From Patescibacteria group bacterium (lineage in GTDB: Bacteria > Patescibacteriota > Minisyncoccia > Phycocordibacterales > Phycocordibacteraceae), in contig JAZJXK010000011.1 of NCBI GenBank assembly GCA_040390955.1, positions 1-33,974 on the forward strand: a DNA stretch of 33,974 nt. The letters are read 5' to 3'. Each line of letters starts with the position of its first letter. The first letter of the stretch is position 1. Of the stretch, positions 7,777 through 16,303 are shown in pieces. The notes under the pieces are model-generated. The model saw nothing but the letters and a program-made list of their open reading frames with translations, made no database searches and was not told the origin of the DNA. The position numbers and the translations under genes are program-made.

Positions 7777-8154
7777 ATGGTAAAAGAAAGCCTAGGACCG
7801 CAAAGAGAGATAGCCTTTGAAGAAGTCTTTACTGAACTCAAAGATACAGCGCGTGCGTCTCTTCGGGAGTGTCCTACCTATCTTGCCTGGCTTGATCAGG
7901 AAATGGGAAGAATTGAAAAGACCCAAGAAGCAACTCAAAGAGAGAAGGAGCAGTTTGCTTTGAGCCTTAAAAGCGCAAGACTCCTCAAGAGTGCAGGGCG
8001 AACTAGTTCGGCACGCTTTGCGTATGAAGATGCCTTATTTCAAGCGCAGTATTCAACTATTCTGGAAATTCAAACAACTATACCAACGATTAAAAATGAA
8101 ATGAAAACACTGCCCGACGGTAAAGGAATTACTGAGCGACCCCTCGATGAATAA
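7777..8154 (+). CDS. Hypothetical 125-aa protein, likely helical or coiled-coil
   Basis: An ATG start is preceded by GAGG. It is on the same strand as the three upstream genes. I recognise no motif. Confidence 0.6.
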   Translation: MVKESLGPQREIAFEEVFTELKDTARASLRECPTYLAWLDQEMGRIEKTQEATQREKEQFALSLKSARLLKSAGRTSSARFAYEDALFQAQYSTILEIQTTIPTIKNEMKTLPDGKGITERPLDE

Positions 8155-8159
8155 AATTC

Positions 8160-8729
8160 TTAATATTTTCTAACGACTCCGCGCACTACCGCTGCAATAG
8201 TTAATTCCCCTTCTGGATAGATGGGTTTGTAGGCTTTGTTTGCCGGCTCTAAATACGGCTTACCTTTTTTCATACGAAAATATTTCATTGTCCAACCACT
8301 GTCTACCTCAGCAATGACAATTTCGCCTTCCTTTGCGGTGTTTGTGCGCTCGGCAATAACCATGTCGCCTTCAACAATGCCGGCATCTTTCATTGAATCC
8401 CCTTTCACTCGAAGTAAATACGTTTCTTCGCGATCACGAATAAGGTAGTCATCTAAAGAAATGCTATCAAGTACCTCTTCTTCAGCAGCGCTTGGAATAC
8501 CAGCTTCCACAAGACCGAGAATTTTTATTTCACCTAAGACGGTTGAAGGGATTAATCTACCGCGACGGTCTTTCTTTAAATGCCCTCCACGCGCAAGACG
8601 TGCGACTAATTTAAACACTGAATCTTTAGAGCGAAGTCCCGTAATATCCATTATTTCTGAATACGACGGCATGCGCCATTTAGAGCGGTAAAACTCAAGT
8701 ATTTTTCTCAAATAGCTTGTATCTGCCAT
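8160..8729 (-). CDS. lexA: LexA repressor (S24 peptidase)
   Basis: It has an N-terminal winged-helix segment (PSYSEIMDITGLRSKDSVFKLVARLARGGHL) and a C-terminal S24 domain (VKGDSMKDAGIVEGD...MKYF). I prefer the ATG at 8729 (MADTSYLRK) to the track start at 8780, because a LexA box lies at 8744-8757. Confidence 0.85.
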   Translation of the reverse strand: MADTSYLRKILEFYRSKWRMPSYSEIMDITGLRSKDSVFKLVARLARGGHLKKDRRGRLIPSTVLGEIKILGLVEAGIPSAAEEEVLDSISLDDYLIRDREETYLLRVKGDSMKDAGIVEGDMVIAERTNTAKEGEIVIAEVDSGWTMKYFRMKKGKPYLEPANKAYKPIYPEGELTIAAVVRGVVRKY

Positions 8730-8743
8730 ACACACAGTATAAG

Positions 8744-8757
8744 CGAACGTTCGTTCG
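8744..8757. promoter_or_regulatory. LexA (SOS) operator of the Cheo-box type
   Basis: CGAACGTTCGTTCG is an exact fit to the palindromic frame CGAAC-N4-GTTCG. It lies 14 nt upstream of the proposed lexA ATG. Confidence 0.7.
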
Positions 8758-8808
8758 CCATGCAAGAAACTTATCCCCAATATCTAAGAGCGCATTAAGG
8801 AGAGCGCG

Positions 8809-9963
8809 CTATTTTTTAAGACGTGATTTTGTTAATTTCTTCAAAAAGCTCACTGGCCTCTCTAAGAGAGCCTCTGCCTGACGCGCCCATGATTCATCTT
8901 CAAAAGCGTCTGCGACCGGTATAGGCGCGCTTCCCTTCGTCATCTGCGCGACCTCTTCTATAGTTTGTATAAACATATCTGCGGAATGCTCTTTTGAAAA
9001 CATGAGCGCTTTCTCGCGACACTTCTCTTTAGAGAGATCAAGACATCGAAGTGCTGCACGCCCTAAGTCCTCATCAAGAAATCCATCAACACCGTTCGTA
9101 ATAATATCTTTTGGCCCCATGACATTGTGTGCCGCAACAGGAATACCGCACGCAAGCGCTTCTACCATTGCAAGGCCAAATGTTTCAGTGAGTGATGGGA
9201 ACACGCATACATCACACGCCGAAAGCCAATCGACTAATTCCTGACCTCGCTTGTAGCCAACAAAACGCGTCTCGTGACCATAACGCTTCTGTAATTTTTT
9301 TCGCTCTGGCCCGTCGCCAATGACAAGTTTTGTGCCGGGAAGTTTAAGGCGTAAAAACTCTTCAATGTTTTTTTCTTTTGCCACTCTCCCGCAATACACA
9401 AAAATGGGGCACTTCATCTCTTCCGAAGCGTAGTTGCCATTTCGAGTAAAGAAATTTGTATCAATACCAAGCGGCCACACCACAACCTTTTTAAATCCGT
9501 TCGCCTGGAGCTCAGTCTGGAGGGTGGGCGTACTCACCATTGTTACTGCCGAGGCGTTATGAAACCAACGCATGTACCCATACGCAAAGGCTGCAGAATT
9601 TTCCTGCGTCATGTTGAGGTAGTACGAAACGTAGCGATTGAAATTGGTATGGAAAGAAGTTGTGAAAGGAATTCCCCGCTCTACACAGAGTGCCCGCGCC
9701 GTGATCCCAAGCATCCACTCGGTTGCGATATGCACGTATGTTGGCTTTTCTGCATCAAAAATCGCTTCCATACGAGAACGCGGGAACGGCGCGAGCGGAA
9801 TTTCTGGGTACAAGAAAAAAGGAACAGTCTTAAAGAGCCCCGGATGCACCACTGTCACTTCAAATCCCTTCTCGCGAAGCAAGGGGAGCATTTTTTCAAA
9901 CACCGTGACCACGCCATTCACTTGTGGCGACCACGCATCAGTAACTATCAGTAATTTTTTCAT
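8809..9963 (-). CDS. Family 4 (GT-B) glycosyltransferase
   Basis: 384 aa. The N-terminus KLLIVTDAWSPQVNGVV and a C-terminal E-x7-E-like region (PSLTETFGLAMVEALACGIPV) are present. Its start overlaps the stop of the upstream DedA gene (ATGA). Confidence 0.8.
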   Translation of the reverse strand: MKKLLIVTDAWSPQVNGVVTVFEKMLPLLREKGFEVTVVHPGLFKTVPFFLYPEIPLAPFPRSRMEAIFDAEKPTYVHIATEWMLGITARALCVERGIPFTTSFHTNFNRYVSYYLNMTQENSAAFAYGYMRWFHNASAVTMVSTPTLQTELQANGFKKVVVWPLGIDTNFFTRNGNYASEEMKCPIFVYCGRVAKEKNIEEFLRLKLPGTKLVIGDGPERKKLQKRYGHETRFVGYKRGQELVDWLSACDVCVFPSLTETFGLAMVEALACGIPVAAHNVMGPKDIITNGVDGFLDEDLGRAALRCLDLSKEKCREKALMFSKEHSADMFIQTIEEVAQMTKGSAPIPVADAFEDESWARQAEALLERPVSFLKKLTKSRLKK

Positions 9964-10595
9964 GAATCTTTTGGCAGACCTCCACTCTGACTGTCACTCT
10001 TTGTAACAGAATTTTTTTTGAATACAAAGGGGAGCGCAATTGATAGAAAGGCTGCAACAAAAAAAAGAGTGGTGATGGAACCGAGTGCCTTTCCGCCCGT
10101 CCTAAGAAACCCTTGGCCAAAATAAAACCCAATGGCGCCAAGCAGTACTATTTTTACTACTGAACCGAGCGCGTTAAACCATATAAAGTCCTTGTACGGC
10201 ATTTTAAAAATACCGGCAGCAAATAAAATCGCAAGTCCCGTAGGAAGCCCGGTCACCTGGGTTTTTCCAAAAAGAAGTATTTTTGAATCATGTGCCTTAA
10301 AACGCTGTCCTAAAAGCTCAATCTTTTCCGGCGTAAGACCGATATGTTTTCCAAATCGATCTGTGAGATGTCTCCCTCCTTTGCGACCAATGAAGTAACA
10401 GATACTGTCCCCAATCAAATCTCCTGCAAGAAGTACAAAGAACATGGGCACTATTTGAAAATACCCTAACGAAACCAAGAGGCCTGCAACTACCACGATG
10501 ATGGGTCCTAAAAGAAATGAAAGCGGAAAAGCAACCGCGTATCCATACGTGGTTACCAGAGAAATTATTGATGGAATGCCAAAATGGAAAAACAC
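9960..10595 (-). CDS. DedA-family membrane protein
   Basis: 211 aa, with a GTG start. It is multi-pass and has the DedA-like segments GDLIGDSICYFIGRKGG and FGKTQVTGLP. It shows 4-nt overlap coupling to the GT4 gene. Confidence 0.75.
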   Translation of the reverse strand: MFFHFGIPSIISLVTTYGYAVAFPLSFLLGPIIVVVAGLLVSLGYFQIVPMFFVLLAGDLIGDSICYFIGRKGGRHLTDRFGKHIGLTPEKIELLGQRFKAHDSKILLFGKTQVTGLPTGLAILFAAGIFKMPYKDFIWFNALGSVVKIVLLGAIGFYFGQGFLRTGGKALGSITTLFFVAAFLSIALPFVFKKNSVTKSDSQSGGLPKDS

Positions 10596-10727
10596 AATTG
10601 AGAAATGAGAGAATCCCGCTCAGGATACTATGAAAAATAGCTTCCGGAGAGAAACCCTCTGGTGAAAGCGGTAAAAAGAGCTAATAGTTTTATTAAAGAA
10701 AAGGTTTGTGCTACACTTTTTGTAATG

Positions 10728-12128
10728 GCTGACTTAGGAGAGAAGTGCGGCGTTTTTGGTGTTTACGGCAAAGGAATGGAGGCTGCGCGCCTCGCGTTCT
10801 TCGGCCTCTACGCCCTCCAGCACCGTGGTCAAGAAAGCTCTGGCATTGCAACTTCAGACGGCGAAAATATTTTCTGCCATAAAAAGATGGGCTTGGTTGC
10901 CCAAGTGTTTACCGAGAAAGATATTCAAAAACTCCAAGGCCACATGGCAATCGGGCACAACCGCTACTCAACCTCTAAATCCTCACACCTCAAGCACGCA
11001 CAGCCCGCATATATAGAAGACGTTGGTCTCACCCTTGTCCACAACGGCAACATTCCCTCCACTACCCTTCTTGAAAATTTTCTCGCCTCAAAAAATGTTG
11101 CCTACAAGACACTCTCTGATTCCGAAATGATTGCTGCAGCCATTGCTGTCTACATGCGCGAAGGACTCCAGCTCGAAGATGCCGTTCCAAAAGTATTCCC
11201 CCTTATGACAGGGGCGTTTTCAATTCTACTCATGGATAAGCACACTGTTGTTGCGATACGCGACAACTACGGCATTCGCCCACTTTCAATAGGAACCCTA
11301 AACGGTGGATTTATTTTTTCATCCGAGACGTGCGCATTTCATCCGATAGGTGCAACAGAACTTCGTGATGTCCGTCCTGGAGAAATGGTTGTGGTCAACG
11401 AAAGTGGTATGCGCTCGGTGCAAATCGCAATGGGCATTCAGAAGCTCGATATTTTTGAATTCGTGTACTTCGCACGCCCTGACTCAATCCTTCTTGGAAA
11501 GTCCGTGTATGAGGTGCGAAAAAACTGCGGTATTGAACTTGCAAAAGAATTTCCACTCGATGCTGACGTCATCATTCCTGTTCCTGAAACTGCAATGCCA
11601 GTGGCTATTGGGTACTCACAGGCGATGGGAATCCCCCTTGAAACAGGTCTCATCAAAAATCGCTACATTCACCGCACATTCATTCAGCCAGAGCAACACA
11701 TCCGTGAGCAAGGTGTAAAAATAAAACTTACACCCCTTCCAGAAGTTATTAAAGGAAAGAGAGTTGTAGTTATGGACGATTCAATCGTTCGTGGCACCAC
11801 GTCGCGCCAAATTGTTGAAATGCTCTTTGAAGCTGGGGCAAAAGAAGTTAATTTCCTCGTGAGTTCACCACCAGTCCGATTCCCTGATTTTTACGGTATT
11901 GATACACCAACTCAAAAAGAACTCATCGGGGCGCAAAAAACTCCTGAAGAAATTTGTGAGTACCTCGGCGCTACACGTCTTCACTTCCTTTCCTACGACG
12001 GCATGATCCGCGCTACAGGACTTCCTCCTGAAACATTCTGCACATCATGCTTCACAGGTGAATACCCAATAGACATCAAAGAGCGCGCCGTAGAAATCCG
12101 CTCCCTCCCCACCGCAAAACTTTTTTAA
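10728..12128 (+). CDS. purF: Amidophosphoribosyltransferase (glutamine PRPP amidotransferase)
   Basis: A short propeptide precedes the Ntn nucleophile (MADLGEKCGVFGV). The PRTase motif VVVMDDSIVRGTT and a C-terminal CTSCFTGEYP (Fe-S type) are present. The track start, GTG 10662, adds 22 unlikely residues. Confidence 0.85.
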   Translation, partial: ADLGEKCGVFGVYGKGMEAARLAFFGLYALQHRGQESSGIATSDGENIFCHKKMGLVAQVFTEKDIQKLQGHMAIGHNRYSTSKSSHLKHAQPAYIEDVGLTLVHNGNIPSTTLLENFLASKNVAYKTLSDSEMIAAAIAVYMREGLQLEDAVPKVFPLMTGAFSILLMDKHTVVAIRDNYGIRPLSIGTLNGGFIFSSETCAFHPIGATELRDVRPGEMVVVNESGMRSVQIAMGIQKLDIFEFVYFARPDSILLGKSVYEVRKNCGIELAKEFPLDADVIIPVPETAMPVAIGYSQAMGIPLETGLIKNRYIHRTFIQPEQHIREQGVKIKLTPLPEVIKGKRVVVMDDSIVRGTTSRQIVEMLFEAGAKEVNFLVSSPPVRFPDFYGIDTPTQKELIGAQKTPEEICEYLGATRLHFLSYDGMIRATGLPPETFCTSCFTGEYPIDIKERAVEIRSLPTAKLF

Positions 12129-12144
12129 AGTGCGCGCAGCGCTT

Positions 12145-13014
12145 TTACGCGTGCCACCGTGCAAAAATCCCTGCAGGTAAAAGTCTTTCACCTTTTGATT
12201 CCTCAATCGTAAGTTCTCCGCTTTCAATGGTTCCGCCAAAGCGGGTGCGTATAGATTCAAAATTATTTGCAAACGCAATCGGCGAATAGCCCGACGCATA
12301 TCCACTCACCAGTATAAAAAGTGGATTTTCTGAAAGCACCTCACTGCACAGCTTCATGAGTGTCAAAAAATCTTCTTCAATTTTCCAAAGTTCATCTTTT
12401 GGCCCGTGCCCGAATGCAGGAGGATCCATAATAATCGCATCGTAAAAATTGCCACGCTTCACTTCCCTTCCAAGAAACACGAGCACATCTTCGGTCATCC
12501 AGCGAATTGGCATATCTTGAAGACCAGACAACTCTGCATTTGCCCGTGCCCACTCAATAGCCGTCTTTGACGCGTCTACGTGCGTTACTGATGCGCCCGC
12601 CTTTGCCGCAGCAAGTGTTGCACCTCCCGTGTACGCAAATAGGTTGAGTACTTTTATTTCTCGATTGGCGCCCCGTATTGCATCAGCTGACCATTTCCAA
12701 TTTGCCACCTGCTCGGGGAAAAGTCCTGTGTGCTTAAAGGTTGTTGGTCGAATAAAGAAACGCAAGTCCGCAAGCTCAATCTGCCATTCTTTTGGAAAAT
12801 CCGCTTTGGTGTGCCATTCACCTCCCTTTCCTTTTCTCTCATAGCGACCATCTGCCTTTTCCCATTCGCTTTTTGTGAGTTTTTTTCGCCAAAGCGCCTG
12901 CGGGTCAGGCCGAGCTAAAAGAACGGGACCATATCGCTCAAGCTTCTCTCCCTCTCCAGAATCTACAAGCTCGTAGTCCGCAGATGGCTTGGTAATTAAA
13001 ATAGTATTTTTCAT
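12145..13014 (-). CDS. Class I SAM-dependent methyltransferase (RlmI/YwbD-like catalytic domain)
   Basis: 289 aa. The segment LNLFAYTGGATLAAAKAGASVTHVDASK...IIMDPPAFG is present. Confidence 0.75.
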   Translation of the reverse strand: MKNTILITKPSADYELVDSGEGEKLERYGPVLLARPDPQALWRKKLTKSEWEKADGRYERKGKGGEWHTKADFPKEWQIELADLRFFIRPTTFKHTGLFPEQVANWKWSADAIRGANREIKVLNLFAYTGGATLAAAKAGASVTHVDASKTAIEWARANAELSGLQDMPIRWMTEDVLVFLGREVKRGNFYDAIIMDPPAFGHGPKDELWKIEEDFLTLMKLCSEVLSENPLFILVSGYASGYSPIAFANNFESIRTRFGGTIESGELTIEESKGERLLPAGIFARWHA

Positions 13015-13079
13015 TCTTTCACCATGCTACCGTGCAAACGCAATTCCGAACAGACACGGTTAAATGAAATAGCACGGCC

Positions 13080-13131
13080 GCCACCCATATAGTGTAATTG
13101 TGCATATGCACAATTACACTATATGGGTGGC
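13080..13131. repeat. 52-bp perfect palindrome with no spacer, in a divergent intergenic region
   Basis: The sequence is GCCACCCATATAGTGTAATTGTGCAT|ATGCACAATTACACTATATGGGTGGC. Every position is self-complementary about the centre between 13105 and 13106. Confidence 0.95.
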
Positions 13132-13211
13132 TCAATACTTAAAATGAATAGCTGTAGCTTTTTAAGAAGGGTAGAAAATGACCTTTATGCTAAAATGTAC
13201 AGAGAAAAAAT

Positions 13212-13970
13212 ATGAATGAACCAGCACTCTCAATAACTAACCTAAAGAAAACATATAAAAGCGGTACTGTTGCATTAAATGGTGTGTCTCTTACCGTTCC
13301 TGCCGGAGATTTTTTTGCACTCTTAGGACCTAACGGCGCAGGAAAAACGACCATCATCGGCATTACCGCAGGGCTCGTTAATAAAACCGAAGGCGAGGTT
13401 ACCGTGTTCGGCGATGACATTGTAAAAAGTCCGGAAAAAGCGAGAACACATATTGGACTTGTCGGCCAAGAAATAAACTTCAATCCCTTCGAAAAACCGC
13501 TCGATATTGTCGTAAACCAAGCTGGCTACTATGGTATTCCGCGATCCATCGCTATACCAAGAGCAGAAAAAATTCTTACAGACTTAGGTCTTTTTGAAAA
13601 GAAAAACCAAAATGCCATGGCGCTCTCGGGCGGCATGAAGCGCCGCTTGATGATTGCCCGTGCACTCATTCACGAGCCTCAATTTTTAATTCTTGATGAG
13701 CCGACTGCCGGAGTCGATGTCGAACTTAGACGAGGGATGTGGGAATACCTGAAAGGCCTCACGGCAAAAGGAGTTACTATTCTTCTTACCACCCATTACC
13801 TTGAAGAAGCTGAACAGCTCTGCAAGCACGTTGCGATCATTAATAAAGGGAGTATCGTGGCTTCCGGAACAATGGAAGAAATTCTTGCTCTGCATGAAGA
13901 CACAGATCCTGACGGTACATATCGCGCGGGGAAACTAGAAGAAGTGTTCATTAAACTGACTCAAAACTAA
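13212..13970 (+). CDS. ABC transporter ATP-binding protein (ABC-2 exporter type)
   Basis: It has Walker A (GPNGAGKTT), the signature LSGGMKRR and Walker B (LILDEPTAGVD). Confidence 0.9.
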   Translation: MNEPALSITNLKKTYKSGTVALNGVSLTVPAGDFFALLGPNGAGKTTIIGITAGLVNKTEGEVTVFGDDIVKSPEKARTHIGLVGQEINFNPFEKPLDIVVNQAGYYGIPRSIAIPRAEKILTDLGLFEKKNQNAMALSGGMKRRLMIARALIHEPQFLILDEPTAGVDVELRRGMWEYLKGLTAKGVTILLTTHYLEEAEQLCKHVAIINKGSIVASGTMEEILALHEDTDPDGTYRAGKLEEVFIKLTQN

Positions 13971-13972
13971 AT

Positions 13973-14749
13973 ATGTCTCCTGAAAAAATCTGGATTTCGT
14001 TCTATACCATTCTCCGTAAAGACACGGTGCGCATGTTCCGTATATGGTCACAAACCTTCTTGCCGTCTGTCATTACTTCGGTACTGTATTTCCTTGTGTT
14101 TGGAACAATCATCGGCTCAAAACTTGGCAATTTTAATGGCGTCCCCTACATTCACTTCATCGTGCCAGGACTCGTGATGCTTGCAGTCATTACCAATTCT
14201 TTTTCGAACGTTGCCTCGACATTCTTCATGGCAAAATTCTTTTCTCGAAACATTGATGAGGTTCTTGTGTCCCCTACTCCGCCATGGGCAATTATCGCGG
14301 GATTTATAGCAGGCGGTATGGTACGCGGTACCATCATCGGCATACTAGTTCTTTTAGTATCCGTGTTCTTTGCAGTTCCTCCAATAACACATCCGTTTAT
14401 TATCATTCTGTTCCTCATACTCGCAAGTCTCGTGTTTGCGCTCGCAGGTTTAGTGAACGGTATCTACGCAAAAAGTTTCGATGGCATCACCATCATTCCG
14501 ACATTCGTCTTAACTCCCCTCGTATACCTCGGGGGTGTCTTTTACTCTGCCGCATCACTTCCGCCACTCCTTAAAGCATTTACGTTTGTAAATCCCGTCT
14601 TCTACATAGTAAACGGATTCCGCTACGGTTTCTTAGGATTCTCGGACGTTTCTATATTGCTTTCAGTCGGTGTCCTCACTGGCCTTGCGTTAGTGTTGCT
14701 TGGAATAAATTGGTATCTCATACGCACCGGTCTTGGCTTGAAACAATAA
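13973..14749 (+). CDS. ABC-2 type transporter permease
   Basis: 258 aa, with about 6 TMS. It starts 3 nt after the ATPase stop. Confidence 0.85.
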   Translation: MSPEKIWISFYTILRKDTVRMFRIWSQTFLPSVITSVLYFLVFGTIIGSKLGNFNGVPYIHFIVPGLVMLAVITNSFSNVASTFFMAKFFSRNIDEVLVSPTPPWAIIAGFIAGGMVRGTIIGILVLLVSVFFAVPPITHPFIIILFLILASLVFALAGLVNGIYAKSFDGITIIPTFVLTPLVYLGGVFYSAASLPPLLKAFTFVNPVFYIVNGFRYGFLGFSDVSILLSVGVLTGLALVLLGINWYLIRTGLGLKQ

Positions 14750-14790
14750 ATATCCTCTGAACGCTAGAGCCACTCTGGTACACTACAGCC

Positions 14791-15201
14791 ATGGATAGAC
14801 TCGGATTCTATCGTGCCTCTCGCTACCTTGCCGTAGGAGTGTGCACATTCCTTATCGACCTCGCCATCGTTGTTTTACTGACGAGTGTGTTCAGTATTCA
14901 TTACGTTATTGCGGTTTCAATAGGATTCGCAGTAGGCATCTCACTCAATTACACACTCTCCCGTCGATTAGTATTTCGAGGAACAAAGCGCACGGTGAAT
15001 CGCGGATATATGTATTTTTTGAGTGCAGGACTCGTGAGCCTTACTGCCATTCTTATACTCGTCGGGATTTTCGTCGGAGTACTCGGTATGCCGCTCATTG
15101 CTGCACGCATACTCGCTTCAGGAATTGTTGGCTCTGGAAATTACCTTTTCAATCTATTCTTAAATTTTAACGTTGCAGGGCAACACACACTCAAAAAATA
15201 A
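14791..15201 (+). CDS. GtrA-family small membrane protein
   Basis: 136 aa, with 4 TMS. The N-terminus RYLAVGVCTFLIDLAIV and the segment NYTLSRRLVF are typical of GtrA-like proteins. Confidence 0.75.
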   Translation: MDRLGFYRASRYLAVGVCTFLIDLAIVVLLTSVFSIHYVIAVSIGFAVGISLNYTLSRRLVFRGTKRTVNRGYMYFLSAGLVSLTAILILVGIFVGVLGMPLIAARILASGIVGSGNYLFNLFLNFNVAGQHTLKK

Positions 15202-15204
15202 TAC

Positions 15205-15801
15205 ATGCCATTTGATCTCACTCACCTCATAGAAGCATTTGGCTATCTCGGAATTGCCGTGGCAGTATTTGCAGAATCAGGACTTTTCTTTGGCTTCTTT
15301 CTGCCGGGTGACAGTTTGCTTTTTACTGCAGGATTTTTAGCATCCCAAGGATTCCTTAACATATTTTTTCTCATTGCACTTACCATTGGTGCAGCAATTA
15401 TTGGCGACTCTGTGGGGTACTGGTTTGGAAAAAAAATTGGACCTTTTATATTCTCGCGTCCTGACTCATTTTGGTTTAGTCACAAGCGCGTTGACGATAC
15501 CAATACATTTTTTACAAAACACGGCGCGAAGAGTCTTATACTTGCCAGGTTCATTCCAGCAGTGCGTACCTTCACACCGATTCTCGCTGGCGTTGCAGGC
15601 ATGCACTACAAAAATTTTCTCCGATACAACATAGTCGGCGGAATCCTCTGGGGAGCACTTCTTCCACTTGGAGGGTACTTTTTAGGAAGAGTCATTCCAA
15701 ATCCTGACCACTACATCATCCCTATAGTCCTCAGTATCATTGTGATTTCACTCCTACCTCTTGCGTACGAACTCCTCCGCAATAGGAAAATAAAAACTTG
15801 A
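15205..15801 (+). CDS. DedA-family membrane protein (second paralog)
   Basis: 198 aa. The motifs ESGLFFGFFLPGDSLLF, GDSVGYWFGKKIG and ARFIPAVRTF are present. Confidence 0.85.
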   Translation: MPFDLTHLIEAFGYLGIAVAVFAESGLFFGFFLPGDSLLFTAGFLASQGFLNIFFLIALTIGAAIIGDSVGYWFGKKIGPFIFSRPDSFWFSHKRVDDTNTFFTKHGAKSLILARFIPAVRTFTPILAGVAGMHYKNFLRYNIVGGILWGALLPLGGYFLGRVIPNPDHYIIPIVLSIIVISLLPLAYELLRNRKIKT

Positions 15802-15877
15802 CTTTTGTAACTTTTTTATCATAGCTCTAGTACTGTATATAGGTCGATATTACGAAATACGTAAACAAAAATTTAAT

Positions 15878-16081
15878 ATGGCATACGAAGCACGTGCAAT
15901 AGCGGATATAGAGATGTCAGCTGAAGAGCGTGCACTTTATAACGGGATGGAACCTGGAGTTAGAAAAGATTTAGTAACCGAATACTTGCGCATAAGACCC
16001 CTTTGGAAGAAAAGCCCTGAGCAATATGGGGGAGACTGGAGAAGAATACAGGGCTTAATGCGTGCTCATGACGGTGATTAA
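15878..16081 (+). CDS. Hypothetical 67-aa protein
   Basis: It has an ATG start and protein-like composition. I recognise no motif. Confidence 0.45.
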   Translation: MAYEARAIADIEMSAEERALYNGMEPGVRKDLVTEYLRIRPLWKKSPEQYGGDWRRIQGLMRAHDGD

Positions 16082-16303
16082 GTAGCATTAAGAGACCTTC
16101 TTTTAGAGATATGCTTACCCACACCCTTCTTTGAAGCATTGCATTTTAATCGTTTTCATGTCATCCTGCAGGCAAGGGTAAGATTGTCTTCAACTCTCCA
16201 TGGTATGCGCTCACGGAAGGCGCTTATAAGGTTAGATCAAGCATCGAGCTCTACATTAATTAAGAATCGAATTAAAACTCGATTCAGTAGCAAAAAAAAT
16301 ATT

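Noticed and set aside
8730-8780. The 17-residue N-terminal extension of LexA implied by the longest ORF
   Set aside because: It would place the perfect LexA operator inside the coding sequence. The residues (MGISFLHGERTFAYTVC) have no counterpart in LexA N-termini as I know them.
10616-10671. Three-way-junction-like fold upstream of purF, considered as a possible purine, PRPP or ZTP riboswitch
   Set aside because: The stems are short (4 to 8 bp, one with a mismatch). The junction does not match the purine, ZTP or PRPP riboswitch consensus sequences I can recall. The region must also hold the divergent DedA promoter. A call is not supportable without a covariance-model search.
16139-16303. 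The 55-residue N-terminal extension of the RRM protein (TTG start in the track)
   Set aside because: The extension is basic and low in complexity, with no similarity to RRM proteins. Those normally begin a few residues before RNP2, and an in-frame GTG sits at that position.
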